Assembly: GCF_009914755.1 (NCBI RefSeq)
Contig: NC_060941.1
Origin: the human T2T-CHM13v2.0 reference genome, Homo sapiens
DNA length: 64,000 nucleotides
Strand: one strand, 5' to 3'
Shown piece after piece: positions 22,760 to 34,949 of this stretch. The notes below the pieces were generated by a model that did no database searches, was not told the origin of the DNA, and was given only the letters and a program-made list of their open reading frames with translations. Each line of letters begins with the position of its first letter. Within the stretch, counting starts at the first letter, position 1. The translations under genes and the position numbers were made by a program.

Positions 22760-24382
22760 TGAGCTCTATGAGGGCAAGGGTTTTGCCTGTTTGTTCACTG
22801 CCCTATCCCAGTCCCTAGATGAGTGCCTGGCACACAGCAGGGACTTCATAAACGCTTGTTGAATGAGGATCGAATTACTCTTGCTGTATGACCATCTGCT
22901 GTCTGCAGGACCCTGGGCATGAGGAAATGCCTGCAGGCGGAAGGGCAGTGGGCCAGTGCTGCACAGTGCACGATGATCAAAGAGAGGGCTTATGTGTGGG
23001 GAGTGGGTACGGGCAGGTGGGTGATGGGGTGCAAAATTCTAGACCTCTAAGGATGAATGGCAGAGGCCACACCCCCTTGATGAGTGACCCTTGAGCCCAC
23101 CGGACAAGGGGAATGGTTGGCTAGGGTCCAGGTCCATGGTCTCCCTGACTTAGGGTGGCCTTGCCCGGGGCTCTGAGAATGGGGCCAAGGAAGCCCTAGT
23201 GATTCTGTCCCCTACCCTTCAAGGACAAGTTGGAGGCAGGCCCTGGTCTCAAACATCTACAAAAACAATTGTGTCTGAACTTTCTGCCCTCACAGATGTC
23301 AGCCCCCCAACCCCCAGACATGTCTCATGACCACTGAGTCATGCATCAATGATGGGTGTGGGTGTGTGGATGGATGTAGCCAAGCCCATTGACCGAGGAC
23401 TGAGACATACTCCCCACTAATCAACAAGTTAACAAGCTCTCTGATGAGGAGGCAGTGATTAATGAACCAATCGGCTTGCCCTGTAAGTGGGGAGTGAAAT
23501 TGGAGGGTGGGAGTATGATGGATAGGGAGGGCTTGGAGGGATGTGTGAGGCTGGCTCCTGGTCCACACTGAGACTATCTGGGTGCCCATTTACTTTGGCT
23601 ATAAATGAGGAAGTGACTTCTTCAGAGGTTGTAGCCCAAATTCAGGCCATCCCATACCCTTTAGCTTCTATAATGTCTCTCCTGTCTTCCCATCTGTCCT
23701 TGGACCCCATATTCCCCAAGACATGACGGGGTTCCAGGGATGTCAGATTCCCTGTGGACATCTCACAGGCTCCATCTCTCTGCCTGGAATCAGTGCACTA
23801 GAAACTCCCTATCCCCCCATGGTTAGTGCTGCAGGGTCAGAAGAGCAAACAGGCCCCTACTCTCTGGTATCCTTGCCCCCATTAGCCTGCAGGGTCCTTC
23901 TGTAGGCCCTGACCCCTGGGATCACAGATGTACTAACAGGCTCCCACTGCCCCCTCCATCCCAGGGTGAGCACCTGTCTTTTGTCTTTCCATGGAGGAGT
24001 GGAATTCTTTGATTTCTGCTGTCACCCCTCCAAACAGGACAACAGCTGTCTCTCTGTTTGTCTCTCTGTATCTGTGTTCTGAGAACGCCTCAGACGGAGG
24101 ATCCCCCATGATACAGCCATGTCCTTTCTTTGAGACTGGAGTTCTTGAAGGACAGGGCCGTGCCTTGCCCCCTGGATGAGGGGTCCCTAAGAAGAATGAT
24201 TTTTCTCCTTCCTTCAAAGGTAGGATCTATGTCCCCTTGTCCTGGTGTCCTCTTCCACCTCCATGCTCAGCAGGGCACCCTGGTGTTTCCTGGGATGTGT
24301 GGTCCCATGGGGCCTGACTGGCTGATAAGGAGCCATCTGCGGAGAATGCAGGTGATTGAACCCATAAAAGAGTGACTGAGAG

Positions 24383-27131
24383 TTTCCTGGGGCTGCTGTA
24401 ACAAATGACCACAAAGGATTCTCACATGTTTAAGAGCTTGTTGCTCTCCCTCTCCCTCTCCCTCTCCCTCTCCCTCTCCGTCTCCCTCTCCGTCTCCCTC
24501 TCCGTCTCCCCACGGTCTCCCTCTCATGCGGGGCCGAAGCTGGACTGTACTGCTGCCATCTCGGCTCACTGCAACCTCCCTGCCTGATTCTCCTGCCTCA
24601 GCCTGCCGAGTGCCTGCGATTGCAGGCACGCGCCGCCACGCCTGACTGGTTTTGGTGGAGACGGGGTTTCGCTGTGTTGGCCGGGCCGGTCTCCAGCCCC
24701 TAACCGCGAGTGATCCGCCAACCTCGGCCTCCCGAGGTGCCGGGATTGCAGACGGAGTCTCGTTCACTCAGTGCTCAATGGTGCCCAGGCTGGAGTGCAG
24801 TGGCGTGATCTCGGCTCACTACAACCTACACCTCCCAGCCGCCTGCCTTGGCCTCCCAAAGTGCCGAGATTGCAGCCTCTGCCCGGCCGCCACCCCGTCT
24901 GGGAAGTGAGGAGTGTCTCTGCCTGGCCGCCCATCGTCTGGGATGTGAGGAGCCCCTCTGCCTGGCTGCCCAGTCTGGAAAGTGAGGAGCGTCTCCGCCC
25001 GGCCGCCATCCCATCTAGGAAGTGAGGAGCGCCTCTTCCCAGCCGCCATCACATCTAGGAAGTGAGGAGCGTCTCTGCCCCGCCGCCCATTGTCTGAGAT
25101 GTGGGGAGCGCCTCTGCCCCGCCGCCCCATCTGGGATGTGAGGAGCGCCTCTGCCCGGCCGAGACCCCGTCTGGGAGGTGACGAGCGTCTCTGCCCGGCC
25201 GCCCCGTCTGAGAAGTGAGGAGACCCTCTGCCTGGCAACCACCCCGTCTGAGAAGTGAGGAGCCCCTCCGCCCGGCAGCTGCCCCGTCTGAGAAGTGAGG
25301 AGCCTCTCCGCCCAGCAGCCACCCCATCTGGGAAGTGAGGAGCGTCTCCGCCCAGCAGCCACCCCGTCCGGGAGGGAGGTGAGGGGGGGTCAGCCCCCCG
25401 CCCGGCCAGCCGCCCCATCCGGGAGGGAGGTGGGGGGTCAGCCCCCCCGCCCGGCCAGCCGTGCCATCCGGGAGGGGGGGGCGGTCAGCCCCCCGCCTGG
25501 CCAGCCGTGCCGTCCGGGAGGGAGGTGGGGGGGTCAGCCCCCCCACCCGGCCAGCCGCCCCGTCCGGGAGGGAGGTGGGGGGGTCAGCCCCCCGCCTGGC
25601 CAGCCGCCCCGTCCGGGAGGGAGGTGGGGGGGTCAGCCCCCCGCCCGGCCAGCCGCCCTGTCCGGGAGGGAGGTGGGGGGGTCAGCCCTCCGCCCGGCCA
25701 GCCGCCCCGTCTGGGAGGTGAGGGGCGCCTCTGCCCGGCTGCCCCTACTGGGAAGTGAGGAGCCCCTCTGCCCGGCCAGCCGCCCCGTCCGGGAGGGAGG
25801 TGGGGGGGTCCGCCCCCCGCCCGGCCAGCCGCCCCTTCCGGGAGGGAGGTGGGGGGGTCGGCCCCCCGCCTGGCCAGCCGCCCCGCCCGGGAGGGAGGTG
25901 GGGGTGTCGGCCCCCCGCCCGGCCAGCCGCTCCGTCCAGGAGGGAGGTGGGGGGGTCAGCCCCCCGCCCGGCCAGCCGCCCCGTCCGGGAGGGAGTTGGG
26001 GGCGGTCAGCCCCCCTGCCCGGCCAGCCGCCCCGTCCGGGAGGTGAGGGGCGCCTCTGCCCGGCCGCCCCTACTGGGAAGTGAGGAGCCCCTCTGCCCGG
26101 CCAGCCGCCCCGTCCGGGAGGGAGGTGGGGGGGTCAGCCCCCCGCCCGGCCAGCCGTCCCGTCCGGGAGGGAGGTGGGGGGGGGTCAGCCCCCCGCCCGG
26201 CCAGCCGCCCCGTCCGGGAGGTGAGGGGCGCCTCTGCCCGGCCGCCCCTACTGGGAAGTGAGGAGCCCCTCTGCCCGGCCAGCCGCCCCATCCGGGAGGG
26301 AGGTGGGGGCGTCAGCCCCCCCGCCCGGCCAGCCGCCCCGTCCGGGAGGTGAGGGGCGCCTCTGCCCGGCCGCCCCTACTGGGAAGTGAGGAGCCCCTCT
26401 GCCCGGCCAGCCGCCCCATCCGGGAGGGAGGTGGGGGCGTCAGCCCCCCGCCCGGCCAGCCGCCCCGTCCGGGAGGGAGGTGGGGGGGTCAGCCCCCCTG
26501 CCCGGCCAGCCGCCCCATCCGGGAGGTGAGGGGCGCCTCTGCCCGGCCGCCCCTACTGGGAAGTGAGGAGCCCCTCTGCCCGGCCACCACCCCGTCTGGG
26601 AGGTGTGCCCAACAGCTCATTGAGAACGGGCCAGGATGACAATGGCGGCTTTGTGGAATAGAAAGGCGGGAAAGGTGGGGAAAAGATTGAGAAATCGGAT
26701 GGTTGCCGTGTCTGTGTAGAAAGAAGTAGACATGGGAGACTTTTCATTTTGTTCTGCACTAAGAAAAATTCCTCTGCCTTGGGATCCTGTTGATCTGTGA
26801 CCTTACCCCCAACCCTGTGCTCTCTGAAACATGTGCTGTGTCCACTCAGGGTTAAAAGGATTAAGGGTGGTGCAAGATGTGCTTTGTTAAACAGATGCTT
26901 GAAGGCAGCATGCTCGTTAAGAGTCATCACCACTCCCTAATCTCAAGTAATCAGGGACACAAACACTGCGGAAGGCCGCAGGGTCCTCTGCCTAGGAAAA
27001 CCAGAGACCTTTGTTCACTTGTTTATCTGCTGACCTTCCCTCCACTATTGTCCCATGACCCTGCCAAATCCCCCTCTGTGAGAAACACCCAAGAATTATC
27101 AATAAAAAAATAAATTTAAAAAAAAAAAAAA
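24383..27131 (+). mobile_element. Full-length SVA retrotransposon (SVA_F-like) with a 61-nt 5' extension
   Basis: CCCTCT hexamers from 24444, antisense Alu-like domain, GC-rich VNTR (~24890-26600), SINE-R, AATAAA at 27101 and poly-A. 17-bp TSD aaaagagtgactgagag at 24366-24382 and 27132-27148. ctgactggttttggtggag and ccaggatgacaatggcggctttg fit the recalled SVA_F consensus. Confidence 0.93.
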
Positions 27132-28588
27132 AAAAGAGTGACTGAGAGAGCCCTGAACTCTCCCTCTCAGGAGAGCTCTAAAAATAGCACCCACAGCCAT
27201 CTGTCCTGGGGCTGGAGGGGCTGGCTCAGAACCAGCGGCCTGGACAAGTTGGCCCCTTCAGCCCCCATGGGTTGATGGGACATCTGGAAGTACTGGAGGT
27301 CTGGCCAGGCCAGGGAGAGGAAGCTGGAAGGGCTTTATGGAGAGACCTTCCCACAGCCCTCTCTCCTACTGGGCAGGTGGGTTTGAGGGGGTTGGCATTC
27401 TGGAGGCCCTTCCCCTACTCAGCCTCTCATAGTGGGTGGTGGGCCCCAGACTTAGGCTTCCGGTCCCTGCTCCCAGGCCTGCCTCCGGCACCACATGGCT
27501 ACTCCAGGTGCTGAGGCTTTCTGCCCCTCACAATTGAGAGGTCCTCTTCCTGGGGTCTGCCTCACCCTCCTTTTCCTGTTTGAATCATGGGTGACTTTGG
27601 CTGCTTCATCAGGGCTTCAATTTCCTCATCTGGAAAATGGAGATAAACTCAGCTCATTGTTTTGTGATGTCCGAAATTATGTACTACCCGGTGCACAGTA
27701 GGTGCTTAATAAACATGAGTCCTTTCCTTCAAAGGATCTGGGCTTCAGAGCCCAGTGGAGACTGCCATGGGCTGGGGACAGTGGCATGTGCTTGGGAAGG
27801 CTTGGCATCACTCAGGCCCAGAAGACACCAGTGCCCTGATTGACACCTGCATAGGGGTGGGGACATTGCCTGGGGAGAGGGCTCTATGCCACACATGGCT
27901 GGACCAGGGTCTTTGTGTGCCAGGCTGGATACACAGGTAGCTGACTCAGCTGCTTCTGGTTGGGGGACTGGCTTCTGCCTCCTCCTGCCTCTTTTCCCAA
28001 CTCTTTAATGGAGAGAGAACATAACGGAGTGTTCAGAGAGGCCTCTCCCCCAGGATATCATAAACTGCAGGCCAGGAGCCCAAGGTCAGGTGCTCCCACC
28101 CCTGCCTCCAGGAGAAAGACTTTCCCCCAGAGGTCCTGTCACTCCTCAGCCCTTCTCCAAGGTATTACTGAGCAGAGGCTGAAAAGAGTTGTGTTTTGGA
28201 AAGAGTGGTCACAGATCCCACAGGCTGGAAGAAATGTGTCTACCCTCCCACCCCCCACTCCCACCATGGACTGGCTAGGGAAGACAGAATCTCATTCCTG
28301 GTCCTAGGGGCTGCCCCAGGAGTCTAATCCAACCACTTCACTTCCTCAGGAGGCTGGACCTGCCCCTGCGGGGCTGTGGGCTGAACACAGGGTTCAGGCT
28401 AGGTACCCCATCCAGTGGGACCCCAAATCTGAGCATGGCAGCTGCCCCCTGAGCTCCTATGAGGTGGAGACGTCACACAGTGGCTGAGCGTAAGCTCAAG
28501 GATCTGGTGCGGGTGGAAGGAGGAAGAAGGGCGCACCCCCTGCTGGCTCCCCCTCCCCGTGGGACTCCCTTTCCTTTCCAGGCGGGGA

Positions 28589-28594
28589 TATAAG
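28589..28594 (+). promoter_or_regulatory. TATA box of PYY2 proximal promoter
   Basis: TATAAG in ggggatataagcccc, upstream of the non-coding exon whose donor is gct|GTgagt at 28707. Confidence 0.7.
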
Positions 28595-28949
28595 CCCCGA
28601 AAGGAAAGCCCTGAGCAGAGGAGGCCTCAGCTTGACCTGTCCCAGTGCGCCCTTGAAACTTTCCTCGCCTTCCACCTCCTGCTCATCTGCTTCACAAGCT
28701 GTCGCTGTGAGTGGCTGGAGCTCAAGCATGGTCTGGTACTAGGAAATCCAGGCTGTTTTGTGGGGAAACTGAGGCTGGGATGGTGGAAGCTGGGGGTGAG
28801 TGGTGGGAAACTGGATTGGAGGGGGCCATTGGAGGTGGGAAGGAGGCCCGGGAGTCCCGTTGCCAGCACAACCCTCTTTAATCTACCTCTCTGGACAGCA
28901 GCGGGGGTGGGGGTGGGGTTACGTCAGGCAGGGCTTATGTCCCTCTGAC

Positions 28950-30100
28950 AGATTAGGAAACTGAGGCAGGAGACGGTGCAGTGCCGGAGAACATATGGCA
29001 AGCTGGTGGCTGAACCTTGGTCCGCTACCAGCCCCAGGGAGAGCACCGGAGCACGGCCCCGACGGCAGCCGCAGCCTCCCGCCGTGGAGGGTCGAGGCTC
29101 GGAATGACCCACACCCCAATGTCGCCTTCCCAGGTGGTGTCGGTTCGCAGGTCGTGGCCTCTCATGGCCACGGTGCTTTTGGCCCTGCTCGTCTACCTGG
29201 GGGCGCTGGTCGACGCCTACCCCATCAAACCCGAGGCTCCCGGCGAAGACGCCTTCCTGGGGTAGCTGAGCCGCTGCTACGCCTATCCTCGCCACTACCT
29301 CATCCTGGTCACTCAGCCGTCGTGAGCGCAGGCGCGGGGCGGGCGGAGCGGGACCCCTGGGGCTCTCCCCCTGCGGCCCCGCTCCACCGGGGGCGTGGCT
29401 AGATCTGACCGCGCCCTTCCAGGCCCCGCCCTCAGGTATGGGAAACTAGGCCGCCCGGTCGCGCGCCTCTCCAAAACGTTCTTCCCAGACTGCGAGGACC
29501 GCCTCGGCAGGTGGCGGTAAAAGCGCCCCCATCAAGTCACATAACATCCTGCCTCCGAGAGCGCGGTCTGGCCCCACCCTGGTCCATCACTTACGACGTC
29601 TCCCAGGCTTGCCTCCCCGGATCGGATTCCTTTCCCTTCGATCCCGCAGGCCGGAGGCGCAGACCTGTGGTGAGGACACCCGAGGCCTCCTGGGAGACCT
29701 GCAGACCACGCCCACCTCATTTACATGTTCACTCCCGACCCTGGAAACCCGGATTTCGCCTCCGGACAGCGGCGTCTGGGCAGGGTTCGGGTACTGCAGT
29801 CCCGCGTCTGGATGCCCCCGCCCCCTGAGCTGCAGGGCTGTGTGTGGTCCTTCCCTGGTCCCAAAATAAAGAGCGAATTGCACAGAAACGGAATGTGTGC
29901 CTTTGTATTTTCTTTCCTTTCTCCTTCGTGGAGGTGGCGTCTCGTGGAAGTGGAGGGTGGAGGCGTGGGGGCCAGAGGAGAGAAAACCTACTCGGACAGA
30001 GGCGCTCCAGGACAAGGCTGGGGCGAGCGCGGGGGTTCCCTCTGCTCGGAGCCCAAGGAAAATTCGACCACCCAGCCTGGGGCTGGACAGCGCCCAGACC
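28950..30100. promoter_or_regulatory. CpG-rich island over the PYY2 body
   Basis: Visibly dense CpG and GC content compared with the flanks. Confidence 0.65.
29164..29265 (+). CDS. PYY2: Residual 33-aa PYY2 [36 protein letters not shown] (signal peptide + 15-mer)
   Basis: ATG at 29164 (ctcATGg), in frame to TAG 29263-65. Translation is unproven. Confidence 0.45.
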
Positions 30101-30659
30101 AGGGGCTGCTGTGGAAGGAACTCTAGTTGAGTGGGGGCAGGGGTGGATGGGTTTCTGGAAAAAGGGGCAGGGAGCGTGGACAGGAGCCGCGGGAGAGGCA
30201 GGTAATTTCTACCGTCCCCCTTTCCCCGAGCAGAGGAGCAATGGGGAGTGTGGAGGCTGCCCGATCGCTAAAAAACCGCCCTCTCTCATCTCGCTGAATC
30301 CACACTCAGTGGATAAGTCAGGAATTGTGCTTTCCTAGTGACAAGGCCATAGGGACACCCTCCCATGTACCCCCCTCCCCTGGACTAGATACTGAAGCCT
30401 AAGGGCGCTGTGGATGTTTAAACTCACCATTCTGCACCGATTCCAGAGCCTGCCTGTAGGGTGATCTCCCCTGACATGCACCCTTTCCTGCCCCTTTCCT
30501 CCAAGAAGCTTGCCTTGATTGCCTAATTGCACTCTTCCTGCCCTCTCTGGCTGCCCAGCTCTCAGGGCCTCTGCTCTATTCACTGAGACTTCTGTCTGTG
30601 TCTTTGTGTCTTGTCTCCCTCCTGGGGCCTCAGGAAGGAAAGGCCTATGTCTCCTTCCT

Positions 30660-30720
30660 CAGCCTCCTGTATCTATGGGATGTCTCCAGATGCAGCCTCC
30701 TGTATCTATGGGATGTCTCC
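30660..30720. repeat. Direct duplication, 33-bp period (cagcctcctgtatctatgggatgtctcc x2)
   Basis: Identical 28-mers at 30660 and 30693. Confidence 0.85.
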
Positions 30721-32346
30721 TGGGCCTCTAGTTCAGCAAGACCTGCCCAAATCTTGCAGGGGGCTAGGAGATGAGGGGGAGAATCAGGGTTGAGGCCAAA
30801 GCCTTTGACCCAGAGAGGGTGAAAAGGACAGGAAGACTGCAGGCATCCCTGTGTGGATCAGGGTTTTGAAGTACTGTTTGCAGTTCCATGGCTCTGGAAG
30901 AAGAGAAGACTCTAAAGCTAACTCTGCCATAGCTGCAGAGGAGGTCCCTGCTTGGACACAGGTCCCCAGGGGGCCACAGGGCTCTGACACCCACCCTCCC
31001 CTGTGCTGCCCTCCAGCCTCCCTGGAGGTAGAGCTGAAAGGGTGAAGCTGAAGAGGCAGCTGTAGGTCACTGGCTATGTGGATTCTGATGCTCTGTGCCT
31101 TTGCCCAGGCCACTGTCCCTGCTTGCAGAGAGCCCTTTCCCTCTCTTCAGCCTGGAAGATACTCTCAGGATAGTGGTCACCTCCTCCCGGAAGCCTTGCC
31201 TGATTTCCTGGGGATGGAGTTAGTTTCTCTGGCTCCCTCTCCCCACTCATTATCTTAGACCCACTTTCCATCCCATTTTGCTGCCTGTCTTCTCTCCTGC
31301 GATAGGACAGGTGGGATGGGAGCATACAGTGGCTACCCGGAGCTTCAGCTCACTGTGTGGGTGGGGAGTGGGAGGATGTGTCTGTGCGCTGGTGTCTGTG
31401 ATCCCTTATCTATTGGTCTGCCTGGGAGAGCTGTAGTCAGTTTAAGGTGGATGGAAGAGAGACCTGGTATGAATTAGGCATGACCACAGACAATTTTTGC
31501 CCAGCTTGTCATGTCTCATTGACCATCAGTGACATGGGTCCACCTCATGTTCATTTTGAAGAGTGTTGAGCAGTTTAGGGTAATAATATTATTAATAACT
31601 ATTATTAGTATAATAATTAATATAATAGCAATAATTACCTTTTCCAAAAAGCACTTATTTATGTGCTAGACTCTGAGCTGTTCGTTTTACATATATGATA
31701 TTACTAGGATATTGATTTGGCTTAAAAAAACAGATAGAATTAAGAGTGACTTAAACAGAAAGGAAATTTATTTCTCTTACCTGAAATGCAAGTGACATCT
31801 GGGGAGCTGGCCTCTCTGCTCCACGAGGGCATCCAAAAGCCCAGGCTCCTCATTTGTGGCTTCCCCATGCCCTCATCTATGTCATTGACAGGACTGAAGA
31901 CAGCCTGCCATGACCTCATCTGTGTTCCAGCCAGTGGCAAGTGGGGGAAGGGAGAGGGTAGGTGCTCTGGTTACTATGTTGTATAATAAGTTACCCTAAA
32001 ACTTGGCAGCCTCAAACAACCATTGTATGTCACTCATGATGTTGTGGGTCAGGACCAGGAAGCGCTCACCTCAGCAGTTCTCGCTTTGAGTCTCACATGC
32101 GGATACCATCAGAGGCTGGCAGATCTGCAGTTATCTAAATGATCCACCGGGCTGATGCCTGAGGAGTCTCACTCCCATGCTGGTGCCGGCTGTTGAGTTC
32201 AGCCGGGGCTGTTGACTGTCGTACCTACAAATGGGCTCTCCAGCACGATATTCTTGGGGTAGTTGGACTTACATTGTAGCTGGCTTCCCGCTTATTTCCA
32301 GAGAATTGGATGAAGATGGCATTGCTATTTAGTTTGCTAGGGCTGC

Positions 32347-32842
32347 TGTAGCAGGACGAGTCGCAGACAAAACTCCTGAGACACCGGATTAAAGAAGGAA
32401 GAGGTTTTTTATTCGGCCGGGAGCATCAGCAGACTCGCATCTTAAGAGCCGAGCTCCCCGAAAAAGAAATTCCTAGCCCTTTGAAGGGCTTACAACTCTA
32501 AGGGGTCTACGTGAAAGAGTCATAATAGATCAAGTAAGTGTGAGGAATGTGACTGTGGGCTACCTACATCAGCTAACAGTACAAAAAGTTTTACAGTGCT
32601 TTCTCACACAATGTCTGGAATTTACAGATAACACCAGTAGTTTTGGTCAGGGGTTAATATTATTATCATTCTAACCACCAGGGCCAGGTGGTGGCGCCAA
32701 GGTCGTCTAGCTATTTATCTTTCTTCTGTTTCTTTCCAACTTTTTGCTTTCTCCCTTTTCTCCTGTCTTATAAACTAGGGAAAAGGGGAGGTTGGGGAGA
32801 AACTGGGAAGGACAACAGGAGAAGTGGTGGTCTCGTACCATA
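32347..32842 (-). terminator. HERV-E 3' LTR with poly(A) signal; PPT at 32843-32859
   Basis: Copy of the 5' LTR; AATAAA on the minus strand near 32410; preceded by aaagggggggaa. Confidence 0.9.
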
Positions 32843-32869
32843 TTCCCCCCCTTTGAGAATTTTCACTTT

Positions 32870-34904
32870 TTAGTGGGAGTTCTCACTCTCATCCTCACTT
32901 TCTGAGTCTCTTTGCGAGATAGAGCGATAGTGATTCATATAATACACGTGTGCTGAAGTTTTTTGATGAACCAAAGTAGCAACAAAACATTTTATCATTT
33001 GAAAAAGCAAGGGTAATACACAGGGGAGCAGCAAGCAAGTTCCTATTACTAGCACTACACCTACAATGAGGGTTTTTAATCCTCCTGTAGCTGGAAACCA
33101 TTTTCCAAAGAAAGACTCAGGATCAAACTCGTGCCAAACCTGTACAGACACATGTGCCACCTTTGTCATGTCCCTGACTATGTTTTCAACCACCTGTCCT
33201 TGATCATCTATTTGTAGGCAGCACCTGGTTAAGTTAAATTTTTCACAAACTCCTCCTTCAGCTGCTAGCAAGTAGTCCAAGGCCAGCCTATTCTGAGAGA
33301 TAGCATTCCTCATTTGGGTTTCCTGCCAAGCTAAAACAGTCAAAGTTTCATTAGTAATTATTTCTAAGATGGCCTGCAACCATATGATCTGATTGAGCAT
33401 GTAGATGGGGATTCAGTATCCCCATGAGCTGTCTTGTGCCCATGCGGCAGGCCCATAATACTGTATGATCCTTTCAGGGGGCCACTCATTATCTTTCCAG
33501 TTTCCTATAACTATGCCTCTCTTGGGAGGCATAGACAGGGAAACCTAGGAGCTCACCCGTTTTTATGGGTAATAAGAAAAAGGACGGCTTAATAGTGCCA
33601 ATAACACAACTGCCTGCCCATTTATTAGGTAACCGAATGTAGGCTCCGTGCCCACATATCCAGTATAGTCCAGCGGGAGCTGCCCAGTCCTGATGAGATT
33701 CTGGATGAGCCCAGGCAGTTTTTAATTTAGAAAATTTACTAAATGGGTTCTTTTCAGTGTGGTTTAGGCCCCACCAAGTAATTGTCTTTGTTGTGCTGTT
33801 GTACAACTTCTGTCCTATACAATTAAGCTTTCTTACAGGGATGATAAAGACTTTCCCTTCTCTAGCTATACAGTATTGTCCAATAATTGAGGTTTTTAGG
33901 ACCCAGAAGTTGCTAGCTTGGGCCTTCTGAACTGGAATTACATCAGGAGCTGGATCAGTAGGCACCAACTCTCGGGCTTCCCAAGGCCATCGGTCTCCGA
34001 TAGTGGTTCCCCCGCATACATAACAAGAAGTAACATTAAGGGAATGAGCTACATTTTCTGCTGATTGGATAAACAAATTTTTTGTCTTTTTCGGAAGTTC
34101 TGGTGCTGGCAGATTCAGCTCCTCATAAAAGGTTTGAAATACTGGCTTGGGAGAGCGCTTGTGGACCTCCCCTCTAATTAAAATGGCAACTTGGGGGTTT
34201 AACCCCGTCCCATCGATCCCCAGGGTTACACGTTCTCCCTTTTTCTAATGGGGATCTAGGGGATTGGTAATTATTAGTTCTAGTGGGTTACAGTGACCGG
34301 CAGCACAGGAAGGGTTGGCTTCCCCCTTCTGAAGATGAACCGGGTCTTTTTTGTTCTTTTTCCAAGTAGCCCAAATAACACATGGCCAAAAGGCACAATT
34401 TTCACAATCCCCTGACTCATGACAAACATATTTATTTTCTACTCTGTAGCTCCTTTCCCAGTTAAGAGAACCACATTCTGTTCCTAGTTTGTTACTATTA
34501 ATGGCTGCACAAGCATCAAATCTTAAAATTATTTGTTTGGGGATTCCTTTTTCTTCTGTTCTAGTTATTATTTTACTTGTGTCACCTAGGAAAAGGCTAG
34601 TTCTTAATCTTGTTTCAAAAATGGTGGTTGCAGGGGGCTCAGATGGGTTATAACACACATCAGGTCGGTCATTTCCCAGGCTACATACCTTGTACTGAGT
34701 GGCATTATACAAACAAGTTTCTTTTAACATTCCCATATATTCATAATAACTATAGAACAGAAAGATTGTTTTAATTTGCTGTCCTACCTCAGTGACCTGA
34801 TGAATACACTGGGAACAGTCCCCAGTTTGAGTAAGGTCAGTTGAAGCCCTTACTGTGTAAGTCCAGAATTTAAGAAAAATGAATCCCACGATGAGCTTCC
34901 TCAT
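32870..34904 (-). pseudogene. env: HERV-E env, broken into a 219-aa N-terminal ORF, an SU remainder and a 176-aa TM ORF
   Basis: Signal peptide MRKLIVGFIFLKFWTYTVRA, TAG at 34245, CYVC (CxxC), frameshift at the furin site (~33520), [21 protein letters not shown]-x7-CC and a hydrophobic anchor. Confidence 0.92.
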
Positions 34905-34949
34905 GCTTCGGCCGTGCGTGGACCAGTCAGCTTCTGGGTGTGACTGGAG

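Larger units (their letters stand above)
28582..29890 (+). pseudogene. PYY2: Peptide YY 2 unprocessed pseudogene (exons 28582-28706, 29134-29321, 29436-29516, 29650-~29890)
   Basis: Encodes [26 protein letters not shown]. All introns are GT-AG. Ancestral ATG is GTG at 29134, premature TAG at 29263, Y-G-K-R is Y-G-K-L, AATAAA at 29865-70. Confidence 0.95.

Noticed and set aside
24764-26639. Long Pro/Gly/Arg-rich ORFs (up to 262 aa)
   Set aside because: Translations of the stop-poor SVA VNTR.
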